A stretch of DNA of 64,000 nucleotides from contig NW_026782164.1 of the NCBI RefSeq assembly GCF_031769215.1, positions 62,001 through 126,000 of the forward strand, read 5' to 3'. A model generated the notes under the pieces. The model was not told the origin of the DNA, did not search any database, and worked only from the letters and a program-made list of their open reading frames with translations. Made by a program: the position numbers and the translations under genes. The stretch comes from Ylistrum balloti (taxonomy: Eukaryota). Each line of letters starts with the position of its first letter. Position 1 is the first letter of the stretch. Below, one piece after another: positions 1-12,787 of this stretch.

Positions 1-550
1 TTAGAACTCATGGCTTGCTCTTATGACCAAGTGGGGCACAGGAGGAGTCAGGGTTGCAGTATGGTATGCATTCTGATGCTGACATTTACTTTACACCTGA
101 GAACATTGAATAATTGGTATTCCACTGGCTCTGAATATTGACCTCCAAGGTCTGTGTAAATTAGTTTTGTCATTGATAGCATGGTTTGTCCTTGGGCAAG
201 GCATTCATCTGAGCGTTGAGTCCTTGGGTAAGGCACTTAACCTCAATTTTTTTAAGTCTAGACTTTTTCATACTGAGAAATCATGAGTATATTTGGCATT
301 AAGACAAATAATGGCTTTAAATAAATGTTATATTTAGAAATAGGAGTTTCGAAACTGATGGTGGAATGACAAAGAATTTGAACAATGGACCTCGAAATTC
401 AGGACAGATGTGCATGCCTTGGTTACTTGATAACCATCAAATCCAATCCACTGCCAACATCCTTTTTTTAAAGTTATCCTCAGGAACAATAACACTGTTC
501 AAAATCTTTGAAGTTTGGTTATCCCCTCTCCAGGTACACATTGATTGGAA

Positions 551-616
551 GAGGTACATGGATTCAAATCTTGACCCTCCAAATTCTAGGCAGTTGCTCT
601 AACCAATTCAGCTACC
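551..616 (-). mobile_element. tRNA-derived SINE head (degenerate)
   Basis: The minus strand reads GGTAGCTGAATTGGTTAGAGC...GATTTGAATCC, with A-box and B-box-like motifs but no intact cloverleaf. Confidence 0.45.
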
Positions 617-1526
617 TAGTCACTGATATTGATTCATGGCAAAATCAAAGTGTTTTTGATTGGTATGAATTAAGGAAAATTATACACACAAGAAATGAAT
701 GCATTCTTTCAAAATTTTTATGTGTGACTTACTTAAAGCACATCTTGAAGACTTGATTCTTAATGGGTTGTTTATGTTGGCAAGTGTAAATTAATCTAAG
801 GCACTGACACAAGGACACATGATTTGTGGCCTAATATGTGGGTGCAATATTAATTATCATTTATGCTGGTTGTCAAAGATCCCTGTTTTCTTGCATTGGA
901 AAAATTGGGGAAAGCTACACTCAAGATGGTGGCTGCATTTCATAGAGTGAGGGTAAAATAGTTTACTGTAGACACCTATGTAATGTGCAGAGTTTTTTTT
1001 TGAGAAAATAAATGTGCAAAGTGAGGGTGGGGGGGGGAGGAGAGGGGTGCATACATAATGTAGCTATAAGTTTTTTTCAAGGTAAAATTGAAAATACTGT
1101 AAGGCCACTATCATTGACTGTTGCGATTATCTGATTCTAAAAACTGACACAAAGAGGATTTGATGAATTATTTATGGAGAACAATAATAAATAAGAAAAA
1201 TAGCTGTTTATATCACTGCAAACTATCAAAGTAAATATCATGCAAAATCAGGATGAAATGTTTGAAAATGTGATAGCAGCTAGCAAGACAGAACATAAAC
1301 AAGCATGGAGGTTGTCTAGAATTTGACCTATAACCCGATCATCTATCAATCCCAGGATGCAAAAGGCTATTGTAAACTTCTACTTTGGTTTTGAAGTAAC
1401 CTCAAAAGTTCTGAAGATATTATTGTGATATATATTAAACAGTATGCTTAATTAAATCCATGATAATGTTTGTTTCAGGTTTTTTTTTTTTTGTGTGTTT
1501 TTTTCATCAACATATCAACATACAAT

Positions 1527-1604
1527 GTATAAGCTGCACCGGTATATAAGCCACACGCCCGACACATGAGGAAAACAATTGTGACTTATAATCCGGAAAA
1601 TATG
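1527..1604. mobile_element. Possible Tc1/pogo-type MITE terminal fragment
   Basis: gtgacttataatccggaaaatatg resembles the reverse complement of a CCGTATTTTCCGGACTATAAG-type TIR; no convincing partner end found. Confidence 0.3.
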
Positions 1605-1867
1605 TTAGTCAAATAATTGATATACTTACAAGTAATGGTTTAGGATGAATTGTCTGAGTATCACACACCAATCCCAGTACAGCAACAGTTGTATTTTATA
1701 CATATTTCCATACTCCTTTAATGAGGTAAGGCCCTCGAGCAGAAACAAATCAAACAGCTATGAACACAAAATGACTTAAGTGATACATTTACCCTAGGTT
1801 ATTACTAAAATTGTTGTGTTTATGTATGTGGTGTCTAGAATCAGAGATAGATTGATCTAGGTGTTGA

Positions 1868-2743
1868 TTTTAACCTCACCAGGCCCAGAAAGCAAGTGGG
1901 CTTATATCATACTGTGGCATTCATTGTTTGTCTCTTAATTTTTCTACAAATTGTACTTGTCATGAACATGTGAGCAGATTTTGTGCGAATTTCCAAGTAT
2001 CTGTCCCCATAGGCCTAAAGGATGGAGCACTAAAGCTGCCTCTGTAGGAAAGATTGTTTTTGGTAAAAATCAAGGGTTTGAAATATCCAAGGGTGAAGGA
2101 GAATGAATTTTCATAAACAGTGAGTTTATAAGCAAGAGGTTAGGGGGCCAATAGTTGAAGAGAGCAAATCCTTTGAATTCCTTCTTCTGTAGGAAGCACG
2201 GACTCCAGTGTGATCTAGGTTGAATTGAAATTGATTTTGTATAAACTGTGTCACTGGCCTGGGATGAGAGGAGCAGAACACAATAGGGGAGGTGAGAGGG
2301 GCAGAACACAATAGGGGAGGTGAGAGGGGCAGAACACAATAGGGGAGGTGAGAGGGGCAGAACACAATAGGGGAGGTGAGAGGGGCAGAACACAATAGGG
2401 GAGGTGAGAGGGGCAGAACACAATAGGGGAGGTGAGAGGGGCAGAACACAATAGGGGAGGTGAGAGGGGCAGAACACAATAGGGGAGGTGAGAGGGGCAG
2501 AACACAATAGGGGAGGTGAGAGGGGCAGAACACAAAAAGGGATAGAAAATTCCATATTCTTTAGGATTAATTAAATTTTTCCCAGTTTGGTCTGACACAT
2601 CCTTAATGTTGTAAAAATGATGCATCTGATCCCAATGGGGCAAAGAAGCAGTACCTTATAGTGATTTTTATTTAGCTTAGATGAATCAGTTTCAGCAAAG
2701 TAAACCAGGTGAGTGATATGTGAGCATTTATGGGCCTCTTGTT
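1868..2743 (+). mobile_element. Helentron-type non-autonomous element (HINE-like) containing a 28-bp minisatellite
   Basis: 5' ttttaacctcaccagg, 3' caggtgag...atgggcctcttgtt; same terminal grammar as 39313-39615. Confidence 0.5.
2261..2535. repeat. 28-bp minisatellite, ~10 copies (GGGAGGTGAGAGGGGCAGAACACAATAG)
   Basis: Near-perfect tandem copies read directly. Confidence 0.97.
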
Positions 2744-3439
2744 ATCACTTTCCTAGTACAATTGAATTGGTAAAGACAATTATCTAAGTGTTATATTTTA
2801 GGTGATTGTTTGTATAAGGTCAACATACTTGTTGGTGTCCACTCTTCAGGGAAAATGATTCTAGGCTAAATGGAAAAATGTAGGGTGATTGGACGGGGCA
2901 GTAGTAACACATCTTTTAACTGGACATCCAGGGTTTGATGTGGATGTGAAAAGGTTAGGGGTCATTCATTTGACCAGTTGGGTTTTCCTCCTACATTAAG
3001 ACCCCCTCACATGCTTCCATCTGAGGTGACAAGAACAATAAATATGAGTTGGAATAACTTTTTTGTTCTTGTTGAAAGAAGGTTTATATAGATTTTTTCT
3101 CAAATGCTGTATTTTTCAGCTAATTTAGTCATTTGATATATGCTAAATGAGTAAATGTATTGTGTATTTTAGTCTAAAGATTTGTTACTGCACTGTTATC
3201 AGCTGATTTGTTATTTCAAAGTGTATGTTATACTATAGGCCAAATTTTTCTGAAATGTCAATCCAGATTTGATATTTCTTTAGAATCACCTATACAGTTA
3301 CTGGTTAGAGTCAAGTTCATTGTAAATTTTGTACTTTAGTAACATTAGTCTGCTTTTATTCTGCATTTTCTTGGTTTTTCAGCATGTCCTCCTACATGCT
3401 TTCCAAAGCAAAGAGGATAAATTACCTTGTCCCAGAATG

Positions 3440-3512
3440 CACTCCACTACTGAGACACACAAATCTGTCCCTCAGAACTGTTGAAAAATCTGATACTCTA
3501 CCGACTGAGCTA
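3440..3512 (-). mobile_element. tRNA-derived SINE head
   Basis: The minus strand begins TAGCTCAGTCGGTAGAGTATCAGA (good A box); B box degenerate. Confidence 0.5.
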
Positions 3513-4226
3513 TTGCATTTCCTTAAACATCTTTCAGAAAAATTTCAAAATAATTTCAAATGACACGCAAGCTGTAGAGGATACACTATAATTCAATATA
3601 AATGATATGCCAACCATTGTTATATTGTTGTCCTGTAATAAGCCCACCTTGAGTCCTCTATTTAGAGACAGAGATAAATTTTGGCCCACCTCATGCATGC
3701 ATGGATTATTATTTATATTGCAGTTTAGATATTGTGCATTTACAGTAAAAAATCCAGACTGATAGAAATCTTGACAATTATGCATCAAAAACGCCATGAA
3801 AATTGTTTTTCCAATGATCAAGGTTTTCCTGTTTGAGTTACTGACATCCTTGACACTATGGCTAACAAATCAATGATTTATAATTCTGTTTTGTTCCTGG
3901 GTAATCTACTGAAAATTCACCAAAGAGAAATTATGACAAAATGTAAATAGGAAATGAGAAAATCTTTAAATGCGACCGTACTTGACTGTTTAACGTTTTA
4001 GTTTCTGTTTGTATTTACAGTTGATGGCATGATAAATCTGACTGTGACTGTGTAATATAAAGCAGTTTTTTAACAGTATAAACACAGGCGTTATTTTCCT
4101 GTAAAATCAATGATAGCGATCAGGTTCATTTAGACAAACAATGGCAAGGTAATTATCCTCCCTTGACATCAGCTGTATTGTCATTTTCACAATAATCCTT
4201 TTCTGCATTATTGACTTTTTAATAAA

Positions 4227-5642
4227 ACTGCCCTATGTTATTGTGTATTACCCACACAGTGTTATATAATACTGCCCTGTGTTACTCTATGTTACAGTGT
4301 TATATAATACTGCCCTGTGTTACTCTATGTTACAGTGTTATATAATACTGCCCTGTGTTACTCTATGTTTCACTGTTATATAATACTGCCCTGTGTTACT
4401 CTATGTTTCAGTGTTATATAATACTGCCCTGTGTTACTCTATGTTTCACTGTTATATAATACTGCCCTGTGTTACTCTATGTTTCACTGTTATATAATAC
4501 TGCCCTGTGTTACTCTATGTTTCACTGTTATATAATACTGCCCTGTGTTACTCTATGTTTCAGTGTTATATAATACTGCCCTGTGTTACTCTATGTTTCA
4601 CTGTTATATAATACTGCCCTGTGTTACTCTATGTTTCACTGTTATATAATACTGCCCTGTGTTACTCTATGTTACAGTGTTATATAATACTGCCCTGTGT
4701 TACTCTATGTTACAGTGTTATATAATACTGCCCTGTGTTACTCTATGTTACAGTGTTATATAATACTGCCCTGTGTTACTCTATGTTACAGTGTTATATA
4801 ATACTGGCCTGTGTTTCTCTATGTTACAGTGTTATATAATACTGCCCTGTGTTACTCTATGTTACAGTGTTATATAATACTGCCCTGTGTTACTCTATGT
4901 TACACTGTTATATAATACTGCCCTGTGTTACTCTATGTTACAGTGTTATATAATACTGCCCTGTGTTACTCTATGTTTCACTGTTATATAATACTGCCCT
5001 GTGTTACTCTATGTTACAGTGTTATATAATACTGGCCTGTGTTTCTCTATGTTACAGTGTTATATAATACTGCCCTGTGTTACTCTATGTTTCACTGTTA
5101 TATAATACTGCCCTGTGTTACTCTATGTTTCAGTGTTATATAATACTGCCCTGTGTTACTCTATGTTTCACTGTTATATAATACTGCCCTGTGTTACTCT
5201 ATGTTTCACTGTTATATAATACTGCCCTGTGTTACTCTATGTTACAGTGTTATATAATACTGCCCTGTGTTACTCTATGTTACAGTGTTATATAATACTG
5301 CCCTGTGTTACTCTATGTTACAGTGTTATATAATACTGCCCTGTGTTACTCTATGTTACAGTGTTATATAATACTGGCCTGTGTTTCTCTATGTTACAGT
5401 GTTATATAATACTGCCCTGTGTTACTCTATGTTACAGTGTTATATAATACTGCCCTGTGTTACTCTATGTTACACTGTTATATAATACTGCCCTGTGTTA
5501 CTCTATGTTACAGTGTTATATAATACTGCCCTGTGTTACTCTATGTTTCACTGTTATATAATACTGCCCTGTGTTACTCTATGTTACAGTGTTATATAAT
5601 ACTGCCCTGTGTTTCTCGATGTTACAGTGTTATATAATACAG
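4227..5642. repeat. 38-bp minisatellite, ~37 copies (CTGCCCTGTGTTACTCTATGTTACAGTGTTATATAATA)
   Basis: Direct reading; variant units recur at a 570-bp period. Confidence 0.97.
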
Positions 5643-5689
5643 TCCTGTATTGTTTCATTTTTGCCTTATTTACATGTACATCGTGATCG

Positions 5690-7055
5690 AGCTGTAATTT
5701 TTATCATAGCAATGTTAATACCTATACTTTTGTTCTGATGACAGCTAGCCTAGCTAATTGAAACATGTACATACCATATATATCTTTGGTACCATACCAA
5801 TTGCTGGTATGGTCCATCCTGATCACCAACTGTATCCAATTCCAGACATCCAACAATTACTGATACTACTGTCAACGTTATCACCTGTATGTCAGACGAG
5901 AATTTGGCTCATTTATCAGCGTGTAGAATTTATATGTAAATCTATGTGATATAGGCATTTGTAATTAAGTCACGGATGAGTCGTAATTTTTAACCTTAGC
6001 TATGTAAATATTTATACCATTGTTCTGATGATGGCTAGCCTAATTAGCCGAAACGTGTAAACTAATGATAAAACCACGGAATCCAGATGTAGATGCTCCA
6101 TCTTCTATGTCAGTTGTATTTACCTCCCTTGATGGAGCTCTATTGAATACTGTTGGGTATCGATCTTTGATTCATTTATGATGTAATCATCGACAGAAGA
6201 CAACTAGAATGTTCGTTTCTCTCCCATTCCAGTAGGAGTTTTTTTATTTTCTGTTGTACCCTTGGGAGAACCCCTGCATCCTTCACTTGAACTGTCCAAT
6301 GCTATACAGTGCCATACTATATGGCCAATCACAGTTTATCCATTCTAAACATATTCTCAATACAACACCAATTGCTGAAAGACACCAATCCCAAAAAGGC
6401 CATAATGAACCTATCACAATCTGAATCCAACTCAAGAAATCCAACAATTTTGGTAACTACTATCACTACCTACGTTTCCACCTGAATATCAGACGAGGAT
6501 GTGGCTCATTTTCGAGCATGCATAATTTATATATAAACTCAGTCAATGTAACTTAACTAATAATATCACAACTGTACTGCCATTAGCACATGACAGTTGT
6601 TATTACGTGTATATCAGGAAAGAGCCATAATTTTAATCCATGTAAATATCTTTACCTTTGTTCTGATGATGGCTTGTCTAGCTAGCCGAAATATTTACAT
6701 ACCATACATATTTTTTGTACCATATCAATTGTTGGTATGGACCAACCCGATCACCAACTGTATCCAACTCCAGAATCCAACCATTACAGATACTACTACT
6801 ACCAACACTATCACCCGAATGTTGGACGAGAATGTGACTGATTTTCGAGCATGCAGAAATTTATATGTTATCTCTGTCAATGTAACTTAATGATAATGGC
6901 ACTATTGTATTGTCATTGCCATGTGATATAGACATTTGTAATTATGTCACGGATGAGTAAATGTTTATACCATTGTTCTGATGACGGCTAGCCTAATTAG
7001 CCGAAACGTGTAAAAACACGAAATCCAGATGTGGATGCTCCATCTTCTATGTCAT
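5690..7055 (+). ncRNA. Tandem ~300-nt repeats delimited by four minimal hammerhead ribozyme motifs (retrozyme or Penelope pLTR-like)
   Basis: CTGATGA-N-stem II-GAAA cores at 5735, 6025, 6663 and 6978. Copy 2 has stem II GGCTA/TAGCC, stem III ACGTGT, a GUA triplet and a 7-bp stem I. Confidence 0.7.
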
Positions 7056-8294
7056 TTTTCTTAACCAGCTTGTTTTATCATTTGAATGCTGCAAAAATGA
7101 AGAGGACACTCATTTCTGTATATGCATAGTTACCAAGGATTTGGTTCTGAATTACTTTATAAACATGAAATTCATTCTTTGTCCATCACATAACCCTTTC
7201 AGGACATACAGCTTTTATACATTCATACCTTGAGAAATGTTCCTAATCTTGTGACATTAATTTATTGTTATAATCACTATCACAACTAACATCATAATTA
7301 GCAATCCTAGTTTTAATTAGTTCATTATAAGATATATGTAACTGTTGGTACTGATCAACATATCTTCTTGACGCACTTCAAGGAAAAAAACATTGTAGTG
7401 TGTACACAGGGGTGGATGATCATGTATATTGATTAACTCCACATCCGACTACTGTGCTAAGCTGTTGGTGTTATTAATATATTGTTACCTGTGTATGAAA
7501 TGATAAATAGAGATGGAGATACAACTGTATAAAGAGATATACGCGGCAATATGATACCTATATATTGACCAGCTATCAAAGGAATCAAACGCACAGGCGA
7601 TCACAGCAAACATTATTGGAAAATGTGTGCGCTGGTTAAATTTTGTAATGTTGTGCAGGACTATTGGTGAGGGAGTAATGGAGGATTAAGGGAGGAAAAA
7701 TGTCCACAGAATGTTTCATCTGTTTGAGAATTAAGGTTTGATGGAAATTTGTGATGTTGTGTCTTTAAAGTGAAGCACCTGAATCAGGTCAATATGGACA
7801 GTACTGTTAATCATTTGGTGGCAGATGATTTTGATGTGATTATGCGGGTTAGAGTTGACGATGGAAAAGTTTGGTATGTTTGACGGTTAAAAAGTAATAA
7901 CATGTCATTTACATGATAATATTGGTTCATCATAAAAACATCCTCTTTATACTGGTTCTTCAATTTAGGGCCTCAATCTTTTTGTAATCTTTTACATATT
8001 AGAGAACTGAACTTTGCTTAGTATTCATCAGATCATGTATATGATATGATGGTAGTTCAACATAGTTCAGTGTTGGATGGAACATTTGTTATTTCTATGT
8101 AGTAACACAACATGGTGTCACTGCCCATAAAATTACGTTTATAATGATAATTTTTGTTAATTTATCTTATTCACTGTGTAAAAAAAAGGTGGCCAATAAT
8201 TTTGATTTAGCATATATGGAGAATATGCATACTATTGTCAGTGGAATAGGTGAGTAGATTAATTTACTGATTGACAGCTAGCAGAATACATAAA

Positions 8295-8478
8295 TGTAAT
8301 AAAAATAAAAGGGGTCTATTTGTCTTTATGTAACTCTGGTATATACCAGCTGCAATATACCCCTTGGCTTAAGAGAACTTTTCTTTAGCTTGATTGGATG
8401 AGCATCAGCCTAGTAAGCCAGGGTTCCCGGGTTTGATTCCTAGTGGAGGCATTGAATTAAATAATGACCTCTATTACA
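8295..8478 (+). mobile_element. Probable solo LTR with internal tRNA-like sequence (TRIM/Helenus-like)
   Basis: Begins TGTAATA and ends TATTACA; internal TAGCTTGATTGGATGAGC...CTAGTAA...GGTTTGATTCC; flanks taaa/tata. Confidence 0.5.
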
Positions 8479-8643
8479 TATACAGGAGTGTTGTATTTAG
8501 GAAATGATTTGTAGAAATTGACACCTGAGTGCTATCTGGCGGCTCTGTTATGATATAGCTGTTCTGATAGACTGTTTGTGCTGGTTTCTCCCTTTTAATT
8601 AACTGATGGTGGTAGCTTATAACATCGCTATGTTAGTCATAAC

Positions 8644-10318
8644 TGTTGGGTATTGCATGGCTGGTGATGTTGGGTATTGCAAAGTTGGTGATGTGGGGTA
8701 TTGCATGGTTGGTGATGTTGGGTATTGCATGGTTGGTGATGTTGGGTATTGCATGGTTGGTGATGTTGGGTATTGCATGGTTGGGGTGATGTTGGGTATT
8801 GCATGGTTGGTGATGTTGGGTGTTGCATGGTTGGTGATGTTGGGTATTGCGTGGTTGGTGATGTTGGGTATTGCATGGTTGGTGATGTTGGGTATTGCAT
8901 GGTTGGTGCTGTTGGGTGTTGCATGGTTGATGATGTTGGGTATTGCATGGTTGGTGATGTTGGGTGTTGCATGGTTGGGGTGATGTTGGGTATTGCATGG
9001 TTGGTGATGTTGGGTGTTGCATGGTTGGGGTGATGTTGGGTGTTGCATGGTTGGTGATGTTGGGTATTGCATGGTTAGTGATGTTGGGTATTGCATGGTT
9101 GGTGATGTTTGGTATTACATGGTTGGTGGTGTTGGGTATTGCATGGTTGGGGTGATGTTGGGTATTGCATGGTTGGTGATGTTGGGTATTGTTTGGTTGG
9201 TGATGTTGGGTATTGCATGGTTGGTGATGTTGGGTGTTGCATGGTTGGGGTGATGTTGGGTATTGCATGGTTGGTGATGTGGGGTATTGCATGGTTGGTG
9301 ATGTTGGGTATTGCATAGTTGGTGATGTTGGGTATTGCATGGGGGGTTGGGTGTTGCATGGTTGGGGTGATGTTGGGTATTGCATGGTTGGTGATGTTGG
9401 GTATTGCATGGTCGGTGATGTTGGGTGTTGCATGGTTGGTGATGTTGGGTATTGCATGGTTAGTGATGTTGGGTATTGCATGGTTGGTGATGTTTGGTAT
9501 TGCATGGTTGGTGATGTTGGGTATTGTTTGGTTGGTGATGTTGGGTATTGCATGGTTGGTGATGTTGGGTGTTGCATGGTTGGGGTGATGTTGGGTATTG
9601 CATGGTTGGTGATGTTGGGTATTGCATGGTTGGGGTGATGTTGGGTATTGCATGGTTGGTGCTGTTGGGTATTGCATGGTTGGTGATGTTGGGTATTGCA
9701 TGGTTGGTGATGTTGGGTATTGCATAGTTGGTGATGTTGGGTATTGCATGGGGGGGTTGGTTATTGCATGGTTGGGGTGATGTTGGGTATTGCATGGTTG
9801 GTGATGTTGGGTATTGCATGGTCGGTGATGTTGGGTGTTGCATGGTTGGTGATGTTGGGTATTGCATGGTTAGTGATGTTGGGTATTGCATGGTTGGTGA
9901 TGTTTGGTATTGCATGGTTGGTGATGTTGGGTATTGTTTGGTTGGTGATGTTGGGTATTGCATGGTTGGTGATGTTGGGTGTTGCATGGTTGGGGTGATG
10001 TTGGGTATTGCATGGTTGGTGATGTTGGGTATTGCATGGTTGGGGTGATGTTGGATATTGCATGGTTGGTGCTGTTGGGTATTGCATGGTTGGTGATGTT
10101 GGGTATTGTTTGGTTGGTGATGTTGGGTATTGCATGGTTGGTGGTGTTGGGTGTTGCATGGTTGGGGTGATGTTGGGTATTGCATGGTTGGTGATGTTGG
10201 GTATTGCATGGTTGGGGTGATGTTGGGTATTGCATGGTTGGTGATGTTGGGTATTGTTTGGTTGGTGCTGTTGGGTATTGCATGGTTGGTGATGTTGGGT
10301 ATTGCATGGTTGGTGATT
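8644..10318. repeat. 24-bp GT-rich minisatellite, ~69 copies (TTGGTGATGTTGGGTATTGCATGG)
   Basis: Direct reading; source of all repetitive ORFs at 8606-10351. Confidence 0.98.
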
Positions 10319-10319
10319 G

Positions 10320-10690
10320 GTGTTGACATATATTTCTAATTTGATTGGCATTGGGTTCTGATTGATACCTGTTCTTTTATTGGCTGTTGAGTCTGACTGA
10401 CTGATATATTCTGATTTGCTGTGTTTGTTTTAATTAATTCCTCTTTGTTGATGAGTTGTTGGTTCTGACTGATCATTTTTCATTTGATGGATTGTTGGTT
10501 TTGACTGCTAGCTCTTTTTTTATTGGCTATTGGTCCTGACTTGATGCTCTAATTTGATTGGGTGTGAGTGCTGACTGATTGCTGCCTTATTTTGATTGGA
10601 TGTTGGCTCTGACTGATTGCTCTCTTATGATTGGTTGCTTATGTTTTGACTGGTTACTTTATTTTGATTGGCTGTTGGTTCTGATCAATG
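10320..10690. repeat. Decayed repeat (TTGATTGGCTGTTGGTTCTGACTGAT-like)
   Basis: Recurring attgg/ctgactgat motifs adjoining the 24-bp array. Confidence 0.6.
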
Positions 10691-11904
10691 TGTTGCATCT
10701 TCAGTAGTGCTCTTTATATCTTCAGTACAGATCTTACTCATCGACCGCATTTTTTTGTAAATTATACATCAAATATTCAGGTAATATTACATGTTTCTGT
10801 AACTTAATTTAGTAAAAGCTTGTCAAGTTTTGTATAACCTAGCAATGAAGCAATCATGGCTATAAGCAAAATATGTACAAAAGGTTGTATGGATGTGTCT
10901 TTTATGTGGAGGAAATATGTTTACAGAAGGAAAAGATACTCTTTGCCAGATACAGTGATAAGGATTTGGCTGTTAATTACAAATAGTTCAAAGCTGGGCA
11001 TACATAGACTTGTGGTTCCAAGGTCAAGGACATTATTATCATTAATTAGTGTTTGACTGATTCCCAGTTTTAATGGATGATTGATTATTATCTTCCTTGT
11101 TAAAACTATCAATTATAAAAATGGATGATTTGATATAAGGGAAGTAACTCTTGAAAGAAATCAAAATTAAATTGTAGTGTATTAAGCATATATAAAACAA
11201 AATAGAGGTATGTGATCAATGAATTAGTCTGAAGTGACAAACTTACCCTTACCTTGGGGGAAGGTCTGACAAAGATTATTTTTTTCATTTTATATTTAAC
11301 CAACAAAAAGTAATCTTGACATACAAAAGATCATTCATAGAATATAGACGAAGAAAAAACCTTACGATATAACTATGTATAGATATTAACCAAATATTAA
11401 AATAATGATTACCTAGCTATTATGTGATTAATTGTTATTGACAAGTTGTTCAGAAATATTTAGATGGGCATACAACATTTTTTACGCCAAATTTATGGTT
11501 ACTGTATACATTGTAGTTCACTTACACAGAGAATAGTTAGAGTTGCAGGCGAGGGTACATGGGTAAAGAAGTCCACAGTCAACAATTCTGGTTACATTTC
11601 TAGGTAAAACAATGACTCTACATATTTGTAATTTACATATGGAATCATCCATGTCTTACAGACATTTTATGCCTAATACCAAATGAAAGTGTATACATAT
11701 GATATATGTAATTAGGTTCACAGGGTCACCATTGGCAACACTCTGCATTATTATCGTTCTCGAGTTATTTTTAATAAGAAGTTATAGAAAGAAATATTAA
11801 TAATTAATGGTCATTCAATTTCATAATAAACAAAACTTATTGATTTGAAAAATATTGTCTGATAGTGCAGTTAAGCCGAAAAGTCAATCGATAATGACGT
11901 GTGC

Positions 11905-12170
11905 ATATAGTCCCCTCAGAAAATCCCAAAGCCAGTCTATGATTAAATATTCCCCCTGAAGGTCCTCAACTCAGTCAATAACATGTAATGAATTTCCCCA
12001 TGAAAGTCCTCAAGCCAGTCTATAACTATACAGTCCCAAAGAAAATCCTAGGCCTTAAGACAGTCTGTAAATTTTGATTAGTTCAAAGAAAGTCGTCATG
12101 TGCCTACTGAAAATATATATCATTAATCATATCCTTATTGAGTCTCCCAGGAAAGTCTCAAGGCTAGTGA
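11905..12170. repeat. Decayed ~40-bp tandem repeat (CCCC...GAAAGTCCTCAAGCCAGTC)
   Basis: Five to six diverged copies. Confidence 0.55.
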
Positions 12171-12787
12171 AACTTCCGTACATGCTCCGTGACCAGTGTA
12201 AAGGCAGTGAAGATAGCCTAATAACCTAGCTAATGGTTTATATAATAATTACAGGTGTAAAATCAATTTCGTATTAGTGATAACTTTTAACTTCGTTATG
12301 TTGCTAGTATAAATATTGACAAATCGCAATTGGGCCGTGGAAAATTATTTCCCTTACCTTGTACTGTTCTGTAGGGGCCTATATGCACAATAACATATAG
12401 TTTTACACCAGGTGACAGAAAAATTAATGTGAAAAGGTTAAGATCAATACTTGTGTATAGGAAATGTTATCCTATGGACAGTAAGGGGTGTAATGGAAGC
12501 GCAGTGACTTGTTCTTTGTTTGTGTGGCGTCATTGTGACTTTCAATTCAAAATCAGACTTGTAATTAAGGATACTGGTTTGTGATTGGAAACCACCACAA
12601 TAAAAATGTTTAGATTTATTATTAATTGAAAAGGAAGTGCTTGCTATATTGGTTGAAATGACATGTAAATCAGGTTCACAGAAACAGAAATTCCTCATCT
12701 GGTATAGCAGAAGTCACTAATAATCCCAATACAAGATGAACATTTTAGATGATGTATTGATTGGTGCTTTATGTATATAAATGGCAA

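Noticed and set aside
2070-2643. Three minus-strand ORFs with CSAPLTSP repeats
   Set aside because: Translations of the 28-bp array.
8606-10351. Many long ORFs on both strands (MQYPTSPT, ITNHAIPN, VGDVGYCM, LVMLGIAW repeats)
   Set aside because: They are translations of a 24-bp minisatellite that is stop-free in several frames; there is no splice or homology support.
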